Source of the DNA: a virus | Length of the DNA stretch: 42,411 nt | Strand: one strand, 5' to 3' | Virus record (IMG/VR): IMGVR_UViG_3300032007_000171 | Coordinates: 1 to 42,411 of that record | Shown here: positions 40,834 through 42,411 of the stretch, in pieces | How the letters are laid out: each line of letters opens with the position of its first letter | How positions within the stretch are numbered: the stretch's first letter is position 1 | The notes under the pieces: model-generated | Databases searched by the model: none | Seen by the model: only the letters and a program-made list of their open reading frames with translations | Told to the model about the DNA's origin: nothing | Translations under genes and position numbers: made by a program

Positions 40834-40868
40834 ATGCAAAGGTACTGCTTTTTTTTGATATGAGCAAA
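40834..40868 (-). promoter_or_regulatory. Promoter e (variant of the late element) for the leftward structural operon
   Basis: The minus strand reads TTTGCTCATATCAAAAAAAAGCAGTACCTTTGCAT, giving TTTG-N20-TAccTTTG. Confidence 0.6.
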
Positions 40869-40971
40869 TTTTTTGGCAAAAAAATGCAAGAAATGGTCGT
40901 TTTTTGGAAAATTTCTGCAAAAAACGGCAAATTTCGTTCCAAAAATGCCCGTTTTCGTGCCACAAAGTCCT

Positions 40972-41009
40972 GTCTTTTGATATATGAAAAAAAAGTAGTA
41001 CCTTTGCAC
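40972..41009 (+). promoter_or_regulatory. Late promoter element (copy f) for the rightward holin-portal-terminase operon
   Basis: The plus strand reads GTCTTTTGATATATGAAAAAAAAGTAGTACCTTTGCAC, 41 nt upstream of the holin ATG. Confidence 0.7.
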
Positions 41010-41049
41010 TCGATTAGTACTGATTAACAACTTAAAACTCATATCCAAA

Positions 41050-41550
41050 ATGACAAATCTTTTATTGTTTATTCCTGCGCTGATGGATGGTGATATCCAT
41101 CGCTTTATGGTGAAGCTGGCGGTAATGATGTTCGCCTGGCTTCTGGTAGTAATGACATCCGGAGTGGATCTGATCACCGGTATAGCGGCTTCGAAGCGTA
41201 CCGGTGTGAAGCATACGACTTCATGGGGCATCCGGCGTACGCTATCCAAATTACTGCAGTACTTCGCTATCTTTATTGCGTTCCTGCTGTTGGACGTGAT
41301 CCTTTCTTCGCTGTCTCAATTCCTGGTTCTATTCAGTATCCCGTTCCTTTCCTTCGGAGTGATCATCGGCGAAATGGTTATTGAGATCATCTCGATCATG
41401 GAGAACTTACGCCGGGGCAAAGATAAGGAGGAGGATAAGGTGGATGATCTCATGCAACTCGCAGCTGCTACTGTCGATGCTGTCGGTACGGAAAAGCTGA
41501 AGCAATATCTCGAGGCGGTCAACAAATATGTGGAATCCAAAAAATCGTAG
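41050..41550 (+). CDS. Holin, TcdE / Phage_holin_4_1-like (166 aa)
   Basis: There are three hydrophobic helices. GIRRTLSKLLQYFAIFIAFLLLDVI and GEMVIEIISIMENL match the G(I)RK...D and E..SI.(E/K)N signatures of the toxin-secretion/phage-lysis holin family. The C-tail is charged. Confidence 0.7.
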   Translation: MTNLLLFIPALMDGDIHRFMVKLAVMMFAWLLVVMTSGVDLITGIAASKRTGVKHTTSWGIRRTLSKLLQYFAIFIAFLLLDVILSSLSQFLVLFSIPFLSFGVIIGEMVIEIISIMENLRRGKDKEEDKVDDLMQLAAATVDAVGTEKLKQYLEAVNKYVESKKS

Positions 41551-41552
41551 TT

Positions 41553-42365
41553 ATGAAGAACTATACCATCGCTGAGCGTCAGGCGATCAAGGACCGGCTG
41601 GCGTCTGAAGAGCATTTCGATAAAGACCGTGAGTTATTCGGTCAACTCTTCCCGCATCATCCGCTCAATGCGGAGCTGGCGCGTGTGAACCGTGTGAATA
41701 AAGCAAGCCTGTGCCGGCGCATGATCTATCAGATGCTGCAGAAGGTCGATGAAACGGAAATCCTGAAGTGGCGCGAAAGCACTCCGGTGCATATTACGCT
41801 ATCCCCGGAAGCACCTACAGATGATCAGCAGACCTTAGGCCGAGGTAAGGCCGAGGTTAGACCGACTCAACAGCCGGTGAAGAAGGCTGGTAAAGCGGAG
41901 GAATTTCCCCGGATAGACTGGACCAATAATCAGTCTGAAGACATCCAGCTGGCGATCCTTCTGTACGACGAGCGTGTATATACCTGGCAGCAACTCTGTA
42001 AACTGCGTCAGGAGATCGATGACTATCCGGAGAAAGCGCTGGCCATCGCCGATCTCGACGACCGGAACCGGATGGCACACCATGAGCTCGAGGTATTCCA
42101 GGATACAGGTATCTTCCCCTGTAAGCATCCGCTGGCGGTGATGTTCATGGCAGAGCGTAAGAAGCTCTCTGAATGGCGTGCGCTGAAGGCGAAAGATCCG
42201 CAAGCTTTTATGAAACAGGTATCCAACCTGCAGCATAATATCACGCGATATCGCTCACAGCTGAAGAAGGACAAACTGTCTGAAGAGCGCCGCGCCGCCA
42301 TTGAGCGTAATCTGGCAAACTCGGAGCGCCTGCAGGAATTGATGCAGAAGGTGATTAAGGAATGA
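41553..42365 (+). CDS. Hypothetical protein (270 aa), paralog X (N-terminal about 75 aa homologous to 21522..21875)
   Basis: The gene starts 3 nt after the holin stop. Its 3' end is duplicated at window positions 1-81. Confidence 0.65.
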   Translation: MKNYTIAERQAIKDRLASEEHFDKDRELFGQLFPHHPLNAELARVNRVNKASLCRRMIYQMLQKVDETEILKWRESTPVHITLSPEAPTDDQQTLGRGKAEVRPTQQPVKKAGKAEEFPRIDWTNNQSEDIQLAILLYDERVYTWQQLCKLRQEIDDYPEKALAIADLDDRNRMAHHELEVFQDTGIFPCKHPLAVMFMAERKKLSEWRALKAKDPQAFMKQVSNLQHNITRYRSQLKKDKLSEERRAAIERNLANSERLQELMQKVIKE

Positions 42366-42411
42366 GAATGTCAGCGGCCATACAGCGCATGAGGCTGATG
42401 CGTCAGGCACA
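42285..42411. repeat. Terminal direct repeat, identical to 1-127
   Basis: See the feature at 1-127. Confidence 0.95.

Larger units (their letters stand above)
1..42284. mobile_element. Complete temperate tailed-phage genome (one circular unit) of a Bacteroidota-type host
   Basis: The window carries terminase, protease, capsid, tape measure, lysis, integrase, repressor and replication genes. The window ends duplicate each other (1-127 = 42285-42411). Promoter boxes TTTG-N19/20-TAnnTTTG sit upstream of operons and there is no SD-like RBS. Confidence 0.85.

Noticed and set aside
40827-41249. 140-aa minus-strand ORF spanning the divergent promoter region and the holin start
   Set aside because: It runs through two promoter cassettes and AT-rich repeats (translation rich in F/K/I) and is antisense to the holin. 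The real minus-strand transcript starts downstream of it.

Overview
The window is one complete, circularly closed phage genome. The first 127 nt are identical to the last 127 nt, so the unit length is about 42,284 bp. It is a temperate, long-tailed (tape-measure-containing) phage. Repeated TTTG-N19/20-TAnnTTTG promoter boxes and the absence of Shine-Dalgarno sequences point to a Bacteroidota host.

Modules readable from the sequence:
- Plus-strand operon: holin, paralog X, a 99-aa ORF, a portal candidate, an 815-bp iteron field, a small terminase candidate and the large terminase.
- Minus-strand late-promoter operon 8454->5215, which includes a SufE-like protein.
- Minus-strand early/replication block 18636->8514: Cro-like protein, two tandem small serine recombinases each followed by a tRNA-Asn(GTT)-like gene, two ORF-free structured regions, a 1287-aa primase-helicase and a PLD-like nuclease.
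- CI-like repressor, a tRNA-fragment attP with arm repeats, and a tyrosine integrase.
- Long minus-strand late operon 40868->21522: prohead protease, capsid, tape measure, tail/baseplate genes, the DGR, a u-spanin-like lipoprotein, an amidase endolysin and paralog X'.

The strongest finding is a complete diversity-generating retroelement (DGR) at the end of the tail-fibre module. It comprises a target gene with a C-terminal VR, avd, TR and a reverse transcriptase. All 13 VR/TR mismatches fall on template adenines.

Secondary candidates for new biology:
- the duplicated recombinase + non-canonical tRNA module with its flanking structured non-coding regions;
- the CTCCAACA iteron field bounded by a perfect 30-bp inverted repeat;
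- a 38-bp late-promoter element present five times, plus one variant copy;
- a leader with an embedded terminator ahead of the structural operon;
- a phage-borne SufE-like protein;
- a split lysis cassette with paralogous partner genes.

All functional calls rest on motifs read by eye. No database search was possible.
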